A stretch of 64,000 nucleotides of DNA from NCBI GenBank assembly GCA_963767925.1, contig CAVYGB010000010.1, positions 64,001-128,000 of the forward strand, read 5' to 3'. Shown here piece after piece: positions 1 to 10,661 of this stretch; within the stretch, counting starts at the first letter, position 1; the number at the start of each line of letters is the position of its first letter. The stretch comes from an uncultured delta proteobacterium. Lineage in GTDB: Bacteria; Myxococcota_A; Polyangia; Fen-1088. The notes under the pieces were generated by a model that saw only the letters and a list, made by a program, of their open reading frames with translations, was not told the DNA's origin and did no database searches. The position numbers and the translations under genes are program-made.

Positions 1-1
1 G

Positions 2-442
2 GCCTGCGCCGGCTGCCACGCCCGCTTCGATTCGTTCGGGCTGGCCTTCGAGGGGTACGGCCCGGTCGGCGAGCGGCGCACGGTCGACCTCGGCGGGCGG
101 CCGGTCGACACGCGGGCGTCGTTCCCGCCCGGCAAGGGCGCGGGCCCGGCGGCGGGCGTTGAGGGCCTGGGCCTGGCGGGCCTGCGCGATCACCTGCGCG
201 CCAACCGCCAGGACGACTACCTCGACAACCTGTGCCGCAAGCTGCTCAGCTACGCCCTGGGACGTGGCCTCCTGCTCTCGGACGAGGCCACCATCCGGAA
301 GATGCGGACCGGCCTGGCCGCCGGGGGCAACCGCTTCGGCGTGCTGGTGGAGACCATCGTGGGCAGCCCCCAGTTCCAGACCCGGCGGGTCGGAGACGTC
401 AGCGCGGCCCTGGTGTCCCCGGGCGGCGGGGAGGTGCAGTAG
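2..442 (+). CDS. C-terminal part of DUF1592/DUF1588/DUF1585 (PSD/PSCyt) protein, truncated by window start
   Basis: Frame 2 translates as ACAGCHARFDSFGLAFEGYGPVGE...NLCRKLLSYALGRGL...SPQFQTRR, ending at TAG 440-442. CxxCH motif; collinear with the paralog at 53.6-54.0 kb; followed by DUF1552. Confidence 0.85.
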   Translation, partial: ACAGCHARFDSFGLAFEGYGPVGERRTVDLGGRPVDTRASFPPGKGAGPAAGVEGLGLAGLRDHLRANRQDDYLDNLCRKLLSYALGRGLLLSDEATIRKMRTGLAAGGNRFGVLVETIVGSPQFQTRRVGDVSAALVSPGGGEVQ

Positions 443-443
443 A

Positions 444-1742
444 ATGGCCGGCATGAACGGGCGGCGCTCGATTTCCCGCCGCGTCCTGCTCCGGGGCGCC
501 GGGGTGGCGATGGCGGTCCCCTGGCTGGAGTCGCTGCCGGTGTGGGGCGCGACAACCCCGCCGAAGCGGTTCGCGGTGCTGTTCATGGGCAACGGCATCA
601 ACGCCAACCACTGGTGGGCCAAGGGCGCCGGCCGGGACCTGCAGCTCGGCAAGAGCCTGCAGCCGCTCGAGCCGCTCAAGGCCAAGATGAACTTCATCAG
701 CGGCCTGTACAACAAGCCCTCGGTCGGCGTCGGCATCCACCCGGGCATGACCGGCGGCATCCTGTCGGGCGCCCCCTTGCAGAAGGGCTCGGTGCTCAAG
801 GCCGGCGTCAGCATGGACCAGGTGCTGGCCGAGCGCCTCGGGTCCGAGACGGTGCAGCCGAGCCTGGTCCTGGGCTGCGAGCAGCCCAACACCGGGTTTC
901 ACGAGACCAACTACTCGATGGCCTACAGCTCGCACATCTCCTGGCAGAGCCCGAGCTCGCCGGTGCCGCTGGAGGTCTACCCCTCGCTGGCCTTCGACAG
1001 CCTGTTCGAGAACCGGGGCGGCAAGCGCCTGCGCAGCATCCTCGACGCGGTCAAGGACGACGCCTCTGGCCTGAGCCGGAAGATCGGGGCCAGCGATCGG
1101 ACCAAGCTCGACGAGTACCTCACCAGCGTGCGCGAGGTGGAAAAGCGGGTCGAGCCGCTGCGCCCGACCGCGGCCGCCCAGCGCCAGCCGGAGCCGGCGA
1201 CCGCCCTGGCCCGGCCCCCCAAGGGCCTGCCCGAGGATCTGCGCGAGCATATGAAGCTGATGTGCGACGTCGCCGCCCTGGCTTTCCAGACCGACCGCAC
1301 CCGGGTGATCTCGCTGATCTTGTGCCGGGATCTCTCGGGCCTGTTTTACCCCTTCCTGGGGGTGCGCGACGCCCACCACCCCGCCTCGCACCGCGACCTG
1401 TCCGACGACTACGAGGCGATCACCCGCTACTACTGCGGGCAGCTCGCCTACCTCGCCACCCGGCTCGACCGCATGCCCGAGGGAGAAGGCACCGTGCTCG
1501 ACAACGCCTGCCTGCTGTTCCTGTCGAACATGTGGGCCGGCTGGAGACACGACAACAGCCGCCTGCCGGTCCTGACCCTGGGGGGCCTCGGCGGGACCCT
1601 CCGCACCGGCCGCATCCTCGAGTATTACGACAAGCCCGACGAGGAGCGGAAGCTGTGCAGCCTCTACCTGTCCCTCCTGGACCGGATGGGGGTGAAGCTC
1701 GACCGGTTCGGCGACGCCGACCGGCGTCTGGCCGCCATCTGA
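444..1742 (+). CDS. DUF1552 domain protein (Tat-like SRRVLLRG leader)
   Basis: ISRRVLLRGAGVAMAVPWLESL, SMDQVLA, YSSHISW, KLDEYLTSVREVEKR, EGEGTVLDN. ATG 444 directly follows the upstream stop (alternative ATG 453). Confidence 0.9.
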   Translation: MAGMNGRRSISRRVLLRGAGVAMAVPWLESLPVWGATTPPKRFAVLFMGNGINANHWWAKGAGRDLQLGKSLQPLEPLKAKMNFISGLYNKPSVGVGIHPGMTGGILSGAPLQKGSVLKAGVSMDQVLAERLGSETVQPSLVLGCEQPNTGFHETNYSMAYSSHISWQSPSSPVPLEVYPSLAFDSLFENRGGKRLRSILDAVKDDASGLSRKIGASDRTKLDEYLTSVREVEKRVEPLRPTAAAQRQPEPATALARPPKGLPEDLREHMKLMCDVAALAFQTDRTRVISLILCRDLSGLFYPFLGVRDAHHPASHRDLSDDYEAITRYYCGQLAYLATRLDRMPEGEGTVLDNACLLFLSNMWAGWRHDNSRLPVLTLGGLGGTLRTGRILEYYDKPDEERKLCSLYLSLLDRMGVKLDRFGDADRRLAAI

Positions 1743-1752
1743 GCCGGCGCCG

Positions 1753-2811
1753 TCAGGGGAAGGCCAGCACGTCGGGCTCGCCGTAGAAGCCGGCCAGGGC
1801 CTCGATGTGGCGCTGGGCGAACTCGCGCCGGGCGACAACCGCCCGGATCTCGCTGGCGGTGAGCACGTCTTCGGGGTCGCTCTCCTCGGACATCAGGCGC
1901 TCGAGGTTGGGCACCGTGACCCGGGCCAGCGAGCGATACAGCCGGCGGGAGAAGCGCTGGGTGCGCCCCAGGAGCTGGCGGTTGCGCTGGTGCCCCTCGG
2001 GGTTGAGGAAGAAGGCCATGGTGTTGTCCATGAAGAAGAGCTGCGATCCGTCGGGCGACATCTTGATGTTTCCGCCCGAGTAGCGGTCCGGGTTGGCGGT
2101 GAGGAAGTCGAACAGGATGAGGTCCGAGAGCTGGGCGGCCAGGGGGCGCTTCTCGGGCGGGATGAAGCTCCCCTGGATCAGCCAGGCGCCGCCCTCGCGT
2201 AGCCCCTCGCCCGTGTCGAGCCCGGAGTCCTTGATCTCCGGGATCCAGTAGGAGAACACCCCCGCTGTCCGTCCGAGCGGATTGAAGATGGTCTCGGCCC
2301 GGATGCGGGGGACTGCCGGCGTGCTCTCCGGGTGCAGCCGGGCCAGCAGGTCCTCGCGGCTGACCGCGCGGGTGGTGGCGGGCGGGACGGCGGCGAGGCC
2401 GAGCAGGCGGTTGAGCCGGTAGGCGGCCACCTCCTTGCGGGGGACCGTCTGTAGATTTGTCTGGGCCGGCTTGAAGGCGGCCCGAGATCCGTCGGCGAAC
2501 TCGACCCGGAAGGAGAGCGAGGAGCCGCCCTTGTTGAGCTTGAGGCGCACGATGGGCTGGTTGCGCACGCGGGCCAGCAGCAGATCGTCCGCCATGCCGA
2601 GGAACATCCCGGCCGGCTCGGCGATCACGGCCGGGTCGGGCGGATAGGAGATGTCCCGCCGGACCGGGTAACGCAGGGCCAGCTCGGCCCGGGCGCGCGC
2701 CTCCATGTGCCGGGAGATGGTGGCGGCCGCCACCCCCATGCTGCCGCCGATGGCGAACAGGGCGGTCACCGCCAGCACCAGCTCGACGAGCACGTAGCGC
2801 AGCAGCGACAT
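1753..2811 (-). CDS. Membrane-anchored atypical kinase, Four-jointed/Fam20-like
   Basis: N-terminal hydrophobic helix; AAFKP, KEVAAYRLNRLLG..VPP, DLILFDFLTANPDR and FMDN motifs. Confidence 0.7.
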   Translation of the reverse strand: MSLLRYVLVELVLAVTALFAIGGSMGVAAATISRHMEARARAELALRYPVRRDISYPPDPAVIAEPAGMFLGMADDLLLARVRNQPIVRLKLNKGGSSLSFRVEFADGSRAAFKPAQTNLQTVPRKEVAAYRLNRLLGLAAVPPATTRAVSREDLLARLHPESTPAVPRIRAETIFNPLGRTAGVFSYWIPEIKDSGLDTGEGLREGGAWLIQGSFIPPEKRPLAAQLSDLILFDFLTANPDRYSGGNIKMSPDGSQLFFMDNTMAFFLNPEGHQRNRQLLGRTQRFSRRLYRSLARVTVPNLERLMSEESDPEDVLTASEIRAVVARREFAQRHIEALAGFYGEPDVLAFP

Positions 2812-2854
2812 CGCCTACCGCTCCCGCCCGGAGGGGACGCCCGCCGCGGCTACG

Positions 2855-2883
2855 TTGATATACAGAGTAACATAAAATACAAT
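2855..2883 (+). promoter_or_regulatory. sigma70-type promoter TTGATA-N17-TACAAT
   Basis: TTGATA at 2855-2860 and TACAAT at 2878-2883 with a 17-nt spacer, in an AT-rich island between divergent genes. Confidence 0.6.
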
Positions 2884-2887
2884 CTTC

Positions 2888-4189
2888 ATGAGAGGCAACG
2901 TGGAGGCCGGCGGGTCGGACGGGAACGCCGGCCGGGCGCGCCGCCGGGTCGTCGCGAGAACAAGGATGGCGGCTTTGCGAGCATCGGTGATCCGGGACCT
3001 GGGGGGACTGGAGGCGATATCGGCAGAGTGGGAGGGTCTGCTGGAGCGGTCCGCGGCTCCGGAGATCTTTCGTACCCCCGACTGGATGTCGGTCTGGTGG
3101 CAGGTGTTCGGCGACGGCGGCCGGCAGCCCCTGGTGCTGGCTGTGCGGCAGGGTCGCACCCTGGTGGGCCTGGCCCCTTTCGTGCTGCGCGAGGTGGGAT
3201 GGGGCGGGCGCGCCCGCCTGCGGCGCCTCGAGCTGATGGGCACCGGCGAGGATCGGGCCGACGAGGTCTGCAGCTACTTCGGGGACATCCTGGCCGCTCC
3301 CGGGTTCGAGGAGACCGTGTGCGAGGGGGTGTGGCGGTTCCTGCAGGACAACCGGTCGGTGTGGGACGAGGCGGTGTTCCCCGGATTGCTGAAGAGCGCG
3401 CTGCTGGCCCGCCTGCTCCGCTCGGCGGCTCACGACAGCGGCCGGGCCACGGCGGTCAGCGGCGCCGGACGCCGCTATTTCATGGACCTCTCGCGGGGCG
3501 ACTTCGACGGCTTTCTCGCGGGGCTCTCCAAGAAGAAGATGAAGCGCTTCCAGTCGTACCGGCGGCGGCTGGAGAAGGAACAGACCTTCGAGGAGCGCAT
3601 CACCTCGCCCGAGGACGTGCCCCTGTTTCTGCGAGAGATGTCCCGGCTCAACCGCCTCCGGCACGGGAGCAAGGGGCGCTCCTCGGCCTTCGGCAGCGCG
3701 AAGTTCCGCCGCTTCCACGAGCTCCTGACGCCCCGGCTCTGGCAAAAGGGGCAGCTCGACCTGCGCATGTGGAGGCGGGAGGGACGCTGCGTGGCCGCCC
3801 TCTACCACTTCCTCTACGCGGGCACGGTCTACGGCTACCAGATCGGCTTCGACGCCGCCGCCTTCGGCAGCGTGTCGCCCGGCCTGGTCACCATCGGCCA
3901 GTCGATCGAGTGGGCCTTCGCCAGCGGCTGCCGGCGCTTCGACTTTCTCGTCTCCGGAGACGGCTCTTACAAGGAGGACTATCCCTGCCAGACCGAGGAG
4001 GTGCTCGACCTGACGATCTACAACGACACCGCCGCGGGCCGGCTCATGAACCTGGCCCGCCAGGCCCGGGGAGCCCTCCGCGACGTCCGCGCCCACCTCG
4101 AGGCGGCCCAGGCCCGGCAGGCGCCGGCCCTCCCCGCCCCCGCCCCCGCCCCCGAGGCTCCCGCGGAGCAAGCCCAGCCGGCCGCCTAG
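2888..4189 (+). CDS. GNAT family acetyltransferase, CelD/BcsL-like (Acetyltransf_6)
   Basis: WMSVWWQVF, LVGLAPF, YQIGFD..SPGLV, RRFDFL..GDGSYK pattern. True start may be ATG 2966. Confidence 0.8.
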   Translation: MRGNVEAGGSDGNAGRARRRVVARTRMAALRASVIRDLGGLEAISAEWEGLLERSAAPEIFRTPDWMSVWWQVFGDGGRQPLVLAVRQGRTLVGLAPFVLREVGWGGRARLRRLELMGTGEDRADEVCSYFGDILAAPGFEETVCEGVWRFLQDNRSVWDEAVFPGLLKSALLARLLRSAAHDSGRATAVSGAGRRYFMDLSRGDFDGFLAGLSKKKMKRFQSYRRRLEKEQTFEERITSPEDVPLFLREMSRLNRLRHGSKGRSSAFGSAKFRRFHELLTPRLWQKGQLDLRMWRREGRCVAALYHFLYAGTVYGYQIGFDAAAFGSVSPGLVTIGQSIEWAFASGCRRFDFLVSGDGSYKEDYPCQTEEVLDLTIYNDTAAGRLMNLARQARGALRDVRAHLEAAQARQAPALPAPAPAPEAPAEQAQPAA

Positions 4190-4243
4190 CGCACCAGTGC
4201 GCCCGGTCCCGGGACCCGGATCCGGTTCGATCGAGCGCCCGCT

Positions 4244-5419
4244 TCAGCGGGTGGTGATGGCGGTGAGGGCCTGGGAGATCTCGGACTCGCTGGTGACGCC
4301 CCAGAAGGTCTTCACGATGTTGCCCCCGCGATCGATGAGGACGATGTGCGGGAGGGCCACGACCTTGTACCGGCTGCCCACCTCGCCGTCCTGATCGATG
4401 ACCATCGGGTAGGGGGCGGGGTGCTCGCGCAGCACCGCCTCGACCTGTTCGGGCGTCACGGTGGATCCGTCGAAGTTGATGCCGAGGAACTCGACCCCTT
4501 CGCCCCGCCAGCGCTGATACAGCCGGTGCAGGGTCGGCATCATGTGCAAGCAGGGGGCGCACCAGGTGGCCCAGAAGTCGAGCAGGACCACCTGCCCGCG
4601 CAGCTCGGTCAAGCTGACCCCGCCTGGCTTGCCGTCGACGCGAGGGAGGGAGAACTCGGGCGCCTCGGTGCCACGGCCGAGCGGGCGGATGGCGTCGGCG
4701 TGCCGGAACACCCAGCCGGCGTTGACGAACAGGGCCGCCCCCAGCAGCCCGGCGAAGACGGTCACGGCGATGCGCGAGCGGGTCCGGGGCACCGTCGGCG
4801 GCGGGGAGCCGAAGGGGGCCGACGAGGTGGAGGCGTCGCCGGGGCCGATGCCGGCGGCGGTGATCTGACGCCCCCGGGCCTGGGCGATCCCCAGCCCCAG
4901 CACGACCGCCGCCCAGGCCAGGGCCGCCAGGCTGAAGAGCTGGTTGGCCGAGTAGGGCAGCGGGCCCAGGAAGGCCTCGTGATCGAGCGTGCGGTAGACC
5001 GCCCGCAGCGCAAAGAAGGGGACGTAGCTGACGGCGGCCAGCTCCAGATCTCGACCGGGATCGCGCCGGCCCCGGCCCGCGGCCAGGGTCAACAGGATGG
5101 CCGCCGGCAGGATCACGATGATCGCCTCGCGGACCTCGAAGCTGACAACCGCCAGGGTCTGGCGCAGCACGGTCCCGAAGGAGAGATGGGTGATGCCCAG
5201 CATCGCCCGCATCAGGTCCTCCAGGCGAAAGCAGAGGATGCCAGCGAGCACCAGCCAGCCGGCGTCGCGCACGCCGGTGGCCCGGGCCTCGACCAGGGCG
5301 AGAGCCCGGCGGGGCTCGGCCAGGATCATGCCGAGGCGGGCCGGCAAGGTGGCGTTCCATCTGGCCGGGGGCGCGTCGGGCGGCGCGGAGTCGGTGTCGG
5401 CCAGGGTCGCTTCCGGCAT
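4244..5419 (-). CDS. Multi-TM (Yip1-like) membrane domain fused to TlpA/ResA thioredoxin-like disulfide reductase
   Basis: About 5-6 hydrophobic segments, then APEFSL, VVLLDFWATWCAPC, LPHIVLIDRGG. Confidence 0.8.
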   Translation of the reverse strand: MPEATLADTDSAPPDAPPARWNATLPARLGMILAEPRRALALVEARATGVRDAGWLVLAGILCFRLEDLMRAMLGITHLSFGTVLRQTLAVVSFEVREAIIVILPAAILLTLAAGRGRRDPGRDLELAAVSYVPFFALRAVYRTLDHEAFLGPLPYSANQLFSLAALAWAAVVLGLGIAQARGRQITAAGIGPGDASTSSAPFGSPPPTVPRTRSRIAVTVFAGLLGAALFVNAGWVFRHADAIRPLGRGTEAPEFSLPRVDGKPGGVSLTELRGQVVLLDFWATWCAPCLHMMPTLHRLYQRWRGEGVEFLGINFDGSTVTPEQVEAVLREHPAPYPMVIDQDGEVGSRYKVVALPHIVLIDRGGNIVKTFWGVTSESEISQALTAITTR

Positions 5420-5426
5420 CGGGCGA

Positions 5427-6632
5427 TCAGTCCTTCTTGCTGCGGTTCTGGACGAGCCGCCGGGCACCCGCGCTGAGCGCCCCCGGCACGTTCTTGGACT
5501 TGGAGACCAGCTTGAGGTCGTCGGCCTGCAAGAAAGGCAGGAACCTCAGCGAGAGGGCCAGCGGGCACTTGGGGTTCTGCACCAGGTTGAGCTTGACCTG
5601 GTAGGTCTGGGTCAGGTCCCGCTGGGCAGCAATGTAGCGGATCACGTCTTCACAGACGCTGCGGTTGCCGGCGGCGTTCACGATCTCCGAGTCGGTGATC
5701 CGGGGGGATCGAATCGCGGCGAGCGCTACCATGCGGTTGGGATCCCGGAGGAGGTTCTTGCGACAGTACGCGTTGCCCAGGGTGGCCAGCCGGATCTTCT
5801 CGTAGAGCTTGAGGCGGGTAAAATCGATGATGGGGCTCTTGCGTTTCTTGTCGTCGCCGTCGCCCCCCTCTGTCTTGGCCTTCGCCGCGCCCGGGGGGCT
5901 GTCCTTCTCCTCCTTTTCCAGGAGGTCGTCCAGCTCCAAGGGGGGCGCGGACTCGGCGGTTGCCAGCAGCGCGGCAAACCCGGTGTCGACGGCGGGATCG
6001 GTGGCGGCGACGTCCTGCGCGATCGACTTGGCGACCTCGTCGAAGCAGGGGATGCCCTCGATCCGCACCCCGTTGCGGGCGCAGAGCTCGATGGCGCGGT
6101 TGAGCGAGGACATGCGGGACTGGGTGTTGAAGTAAAGAGCTTCCAGGATGGCCGGACAGCGCAGGATGCGCGCTTCATTGGCAAACATGACCTCCAGCTC
6201 GCGCTCGCGCAATCGGCTGGCCAGCAAGATGAAGGTCTGGTCGGCGGTCCCCTGGTTGTAGAGAACCGGCTCGAGGACCTCGGTCCGGTCGGGGCCCAGG
6301 CGCTCGGCGAAGTAGTGCAGCACCTGCGCGGGCAGCCGTTCGGCCAGGGCGGGGGCCAGGATCTTGTCGGGGATGCTGGTGGGGGCGCTCGCGCTGGCGG
6401 TGCGCACCGCCCCCTCGGCGTCGAACGAGAGCTGGTAGACGGCGGTCAGCAGCTCGGCCGGCCGCAAGGGAGCGATGCCCCGGGCGGCCAGGGTCTTCAT
6501 GGCGGGGGGCGCCGCCAGCAGCTTCTGCACGGCCGGGGGGAGGGTCTCGGCCGGCAGGGGGGCCAGCACGAACGCCGACAGGGCGCTGGCCGCCGGTCCG
6601 GTTGGTGAAAGCTCAGCGCCGGTTTCGTTCAT
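5427..6632 (-). CDS. Conserved hypothetical alpha-helical protein
   Basis: 401 aa with typical codon usage; KIRLATLGN..R..LLRDPNRMVA..AIRSPRIT..EI helical C-terminus; overlaps the coaX stop (operon). Confidence 0.75.
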   Translation of the reverse strand: MNETGAELSPTGPAASALSAFVLAPLPAETLPPAVQKLLAAPPAMKTLAARGIAPLRPAELLTAVYQLSFDAEGAVRTASASAPTSIPDKILAPALAERLPAQVLHYFAERLGPDRTEVLEPVLYNQGTADQTFILLASRLRERELEVMFANEARILRCPAILEALYFNTQSRMSSLNRAIELCARNGVRIEGIPCFDEVAKSIAQDVAATDPAVDTGFAALLATAESAPPLELDDLLEKEEKDSPPGAAKAKTEGGDGDDKKRKSPIIDFTRLKLYEKIRLATLGNAYCRKNLLRDPNRMVALAAIRSPRITDSEIVNAAGNRSVCEDVIRYIAAQRDLTQTYQVKLNLVQNPKCPLALSLRFLPFLQADDLKLVSKSKNVPGALSAGARRLVQNRSKKD

Positions 6633-7380
6633 GAATGATTCGCAACCCCCCCAAGGTAAGCAGCTCGTCGCACTCGTCGATCGAGGTGGTCTCGGCCGCG
6701 ATGAGCGACGCCAGGCCCCCGGTGGCGATCACCCTCGGGGAGAAGCGCACCTCGGCCCGGATGCGGGCGATCAGCCCGTCGACCAGGGCGGCGTAGCCCA
6801 GCACCAGCCCGGCCTGCAGGCTGTTCACCGTGTTGCGGCCGATGACGCTCGGGGGGCGCCGCAGCTCCACCCGGGGCAGCTTGGCGGTGGATCCGAACAG
6901 GGCGTTGGCCCCGCTCATCAGCCCGGGGGCGATGATGCCCCCGGCGTATTGTCCCCGGTCGGTCACGACGTCGAGCTTCGTGGCGGTGCCGAAGTCGACG
7001 ACCACCGCTCCCTGGGGAAACCGGGCCTGGGCGGCCACCGCGTTGACCAGCCTGTCGCTGCCCAGCTCGCGCGGGTTGTCGTAGAGGATCGGCATGCCGA
7101 CCTCGATCCCCGGGCCGACCAGCAGCGGCGTGAGGTCGAAAAAGCGGCGAAAGAAACGTTCGGTGGGGGCGGTCGCCGCCGGGACCACCGACGATATAAT
7201 CCCCGCCGTGACCTCCGAGAAACGTAGCCCCGCGAGCTCGAACAGTCCGCGCAACATCGCCCCCAGCTCGTCCCCCGTCCGCTCCGGCCGCGTCTCGCAA
7301 CGCCAGTGGATCCGCAGGTTTTCCCCCTCGTGCAGCCCGAAGACGGTATTTGTGTTGCCGATGTCGACGGCGAGCAGCAT
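6613..7380 (-). CDS. coaX: Type III pantothenate kinase
   Basis: MLLAVDIGNTN, LGSDRL, VVDFGTAT, GGIIAPG, VIATGG, LTLGGL. Confidence 0.95.
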   Translation of the reverse strand: MLLAVDIGNTNTVFGLHEGENLRIHWRCETRPERTGDELGAMLRGLFELAGLRFSEVTAGIISSVVPAATAPTERFFRRFFDLTPLLVGPGIEVGMPILYDNPRELGSDRLVNAVAAQARFPQGAVVVDFGTATKLDVVTDRGQYAGGIIAPGLMSGANALFGSTAKLPRVELRRPPSVIGRNTVNSLQAGLVLGYAALVDGLIARIRAEVRFSPRVIATGGLASLIAAETTSIDECDELLTLGGLRIIHERNRR

Positions 7381-8608
7381 GCCCGCTCTATTGTATCCGG
7401 TCCTGGCGACGCTGCTGGCGACCGGCCTGGCGAGCGCGGGCTGCAACCGCAACAAGAAGCCGCCCGTCGATCCCGAGGAGGCGGGCAAGCTTCGCCGCAT
7501 CGCCCAGAACCTGGAGCAGGCTTATGCCCGGGCGCCCCTCCCACCGATGACCGAGCCGGCGGCGCTCGTCGATCGGCTCGACAAGTGGGACGACTTCCGT
7601 GCGTGCACGGTGCGGACCTACGTCGCCCGGAAGCGGGACGCCGACAAGCGCGCGCGTGAGGGCGGGTCGCGCCCCAGCCGGCACGCCAGCATCGGCGACG
7701 AGACCGTCGAGGAGTGCGCGGTCCAGATGGCGGTGGCCAAGAAGGATGCCAGCGTCTGCGAGCGGCTGGCCCTCGACTACGAGGAGCCGAGCGGGGGGAT
7801 GCCGCTGTCGGCCGTGCGCTGCCTGGACACGCGCGCCCGGGTGTTCGGCACGCCCGAGGAGTGTCCGGTGGTCTGGATGCCCGCCGACGCGCCCGCCCGC
7901 AACCCCGAGTGTCTGGCGATGGCCCTCCGCGATCGCAGCCTGTGCCCCTTCACCGACAGCCCCGGGCGCTGCCGGGCCCTGCTCACCGGCGACTCGGCGA
8001 GCTGCAACGCCCCCGACGGCGCCCCCGACTGCGCCCTGGCCCTGGAGTACTGGAAGGGCGCCATCCCCGCCCAGATGGGCCCGCCCCTGATCGACGAGGC
8101 GGCCCACAAGGACAAGCCGCTCAGCGCCAGCTTCGACCTGCGCTGGACCGGCAACGCCCACCCCCACGTGCGCATCCAGGGCCCCAAGGCGGCCACCGGC
8201 ATCTCCTGGCCGGCGGGGCGGGCCCGGCCGGCCTTCACCGAGGAGACCACGAAGTTCTGGGGCGCCGAGCTCCCCCCCGAGGCGGCCCAGGTGAGCTGGC
8301 GGATGGGGGATCCGGCCATCAAGCTGGCCTTCGCCCCCGGCGGCGCCAGCTCGGGTGTGCGGCCGCTGCTCCCCCCCTCGCCCGGGGCCCCCGCCACCTT
8401 CATCGCGGTGTGGGCGGACGATCCCGGGGCCTTCCGGCGCTGTCAGCCGGGCCCCCTCACCAAGGGGGAGGTGCGGTTCGAGGCCAGCGAGGTGCGCCCC
8501 GGCGGCATCGTCACCGGCGAGGCCCGCGCCACCAAGCTGGCCTGCTCGGACGGCACCGAGCTCGAGCTGCGGGCCACCTTCCGCCTCGTGATCCTCGATC
8601 TGCGCTGA
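7379..8608 (+). CDS. Cys-rich hypothetical lipoprotein
   Basis: Signal peptide with lipobox-like SAGC; 12 further Cys; alternative start TTG 7391. Confidence 0.7.
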   Translation: MPALLYPVLATLLATGLASAGCNRNKKPPVDPEEAGKLRRIAQNLEQAYARAPLPPMTEPAALVDRLDKWDDFRACTVRTYVARKRDADKRAREGGSRPSRHASIGDETVEECAVQMAVAKKDASVCERLALDYEEPSGGMPLSAVRCLDTRARVFGTPEECPVVWMPADAPARNPECLAMALRDRSLCPFTDSPGRCRALLTGDSASCNAPDGAPDCALALEYWKGAIPAQMGPPLIDEAAHKDKPLSASFDLRWTGNAHPHVRIQGPKAATGISWPAGRARPAFTEETTKFWGAELPPEAAQVSWRMGDPAIKLAFAPGGASSGVRPLLPPSPGAPATFIAVWADDPGAFRRCQPGPLTKGEVRFEASEVRPGGIVTGEARATKLACSDGTELELRATFRLVILDLR

Positions 8609-8815
8609 GCGCACATCCCGGGCCAGCCCGGCGCGGCCCGCACCTTTCCGGGCATGTCGGGTTGGCCAGCACAGCGGCGGTCCCCCGGACCAACCCGGGT
8701 TTTTCCCGAGCCAGGAGCGGTGGCGGTTGCCGCCCCGGCCAGGCTAAAATGGTCCCGGGGGATCTCGTTCCCCTGGCAGCGGTACAATCACGCCCAGAAG
8801 CTCCCGCGCACGGAA

Positions 8816-10453
<1,638 letters not shown>

Positions 10454-10562
10454 GCCGACCGCCGCGCGCACGGTCGCCAGGGGCACGACGCGCCCTGCCC
10501 GCCCACATGTGATCCCGGGCGTTGCCCGGCGTTCTGGCGCGGGCGCCCGTCGACCAGCTCCC

Positions 10563-10604
10563 GACTCCAGGGGCCGGGCTCCAGGGGCCTGACTCCGGGG
10601 TCTC
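10563..10604. repeat. Three imperfect 14-bp direct repeats (GACTCCAGGGGCCG-like)
   Basis: gactccaggggccg / ggctccaggggcct / gactccggggtctc, just upstream of TGCTAGCCT and the SBP gene. Confidence 0.55.
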
Positions 10605-10661
10605 TGCTAGCCTACGTGTGTTCCATTACCGTCTCTATTTGTACAAGTCTGAGGGGGACAC

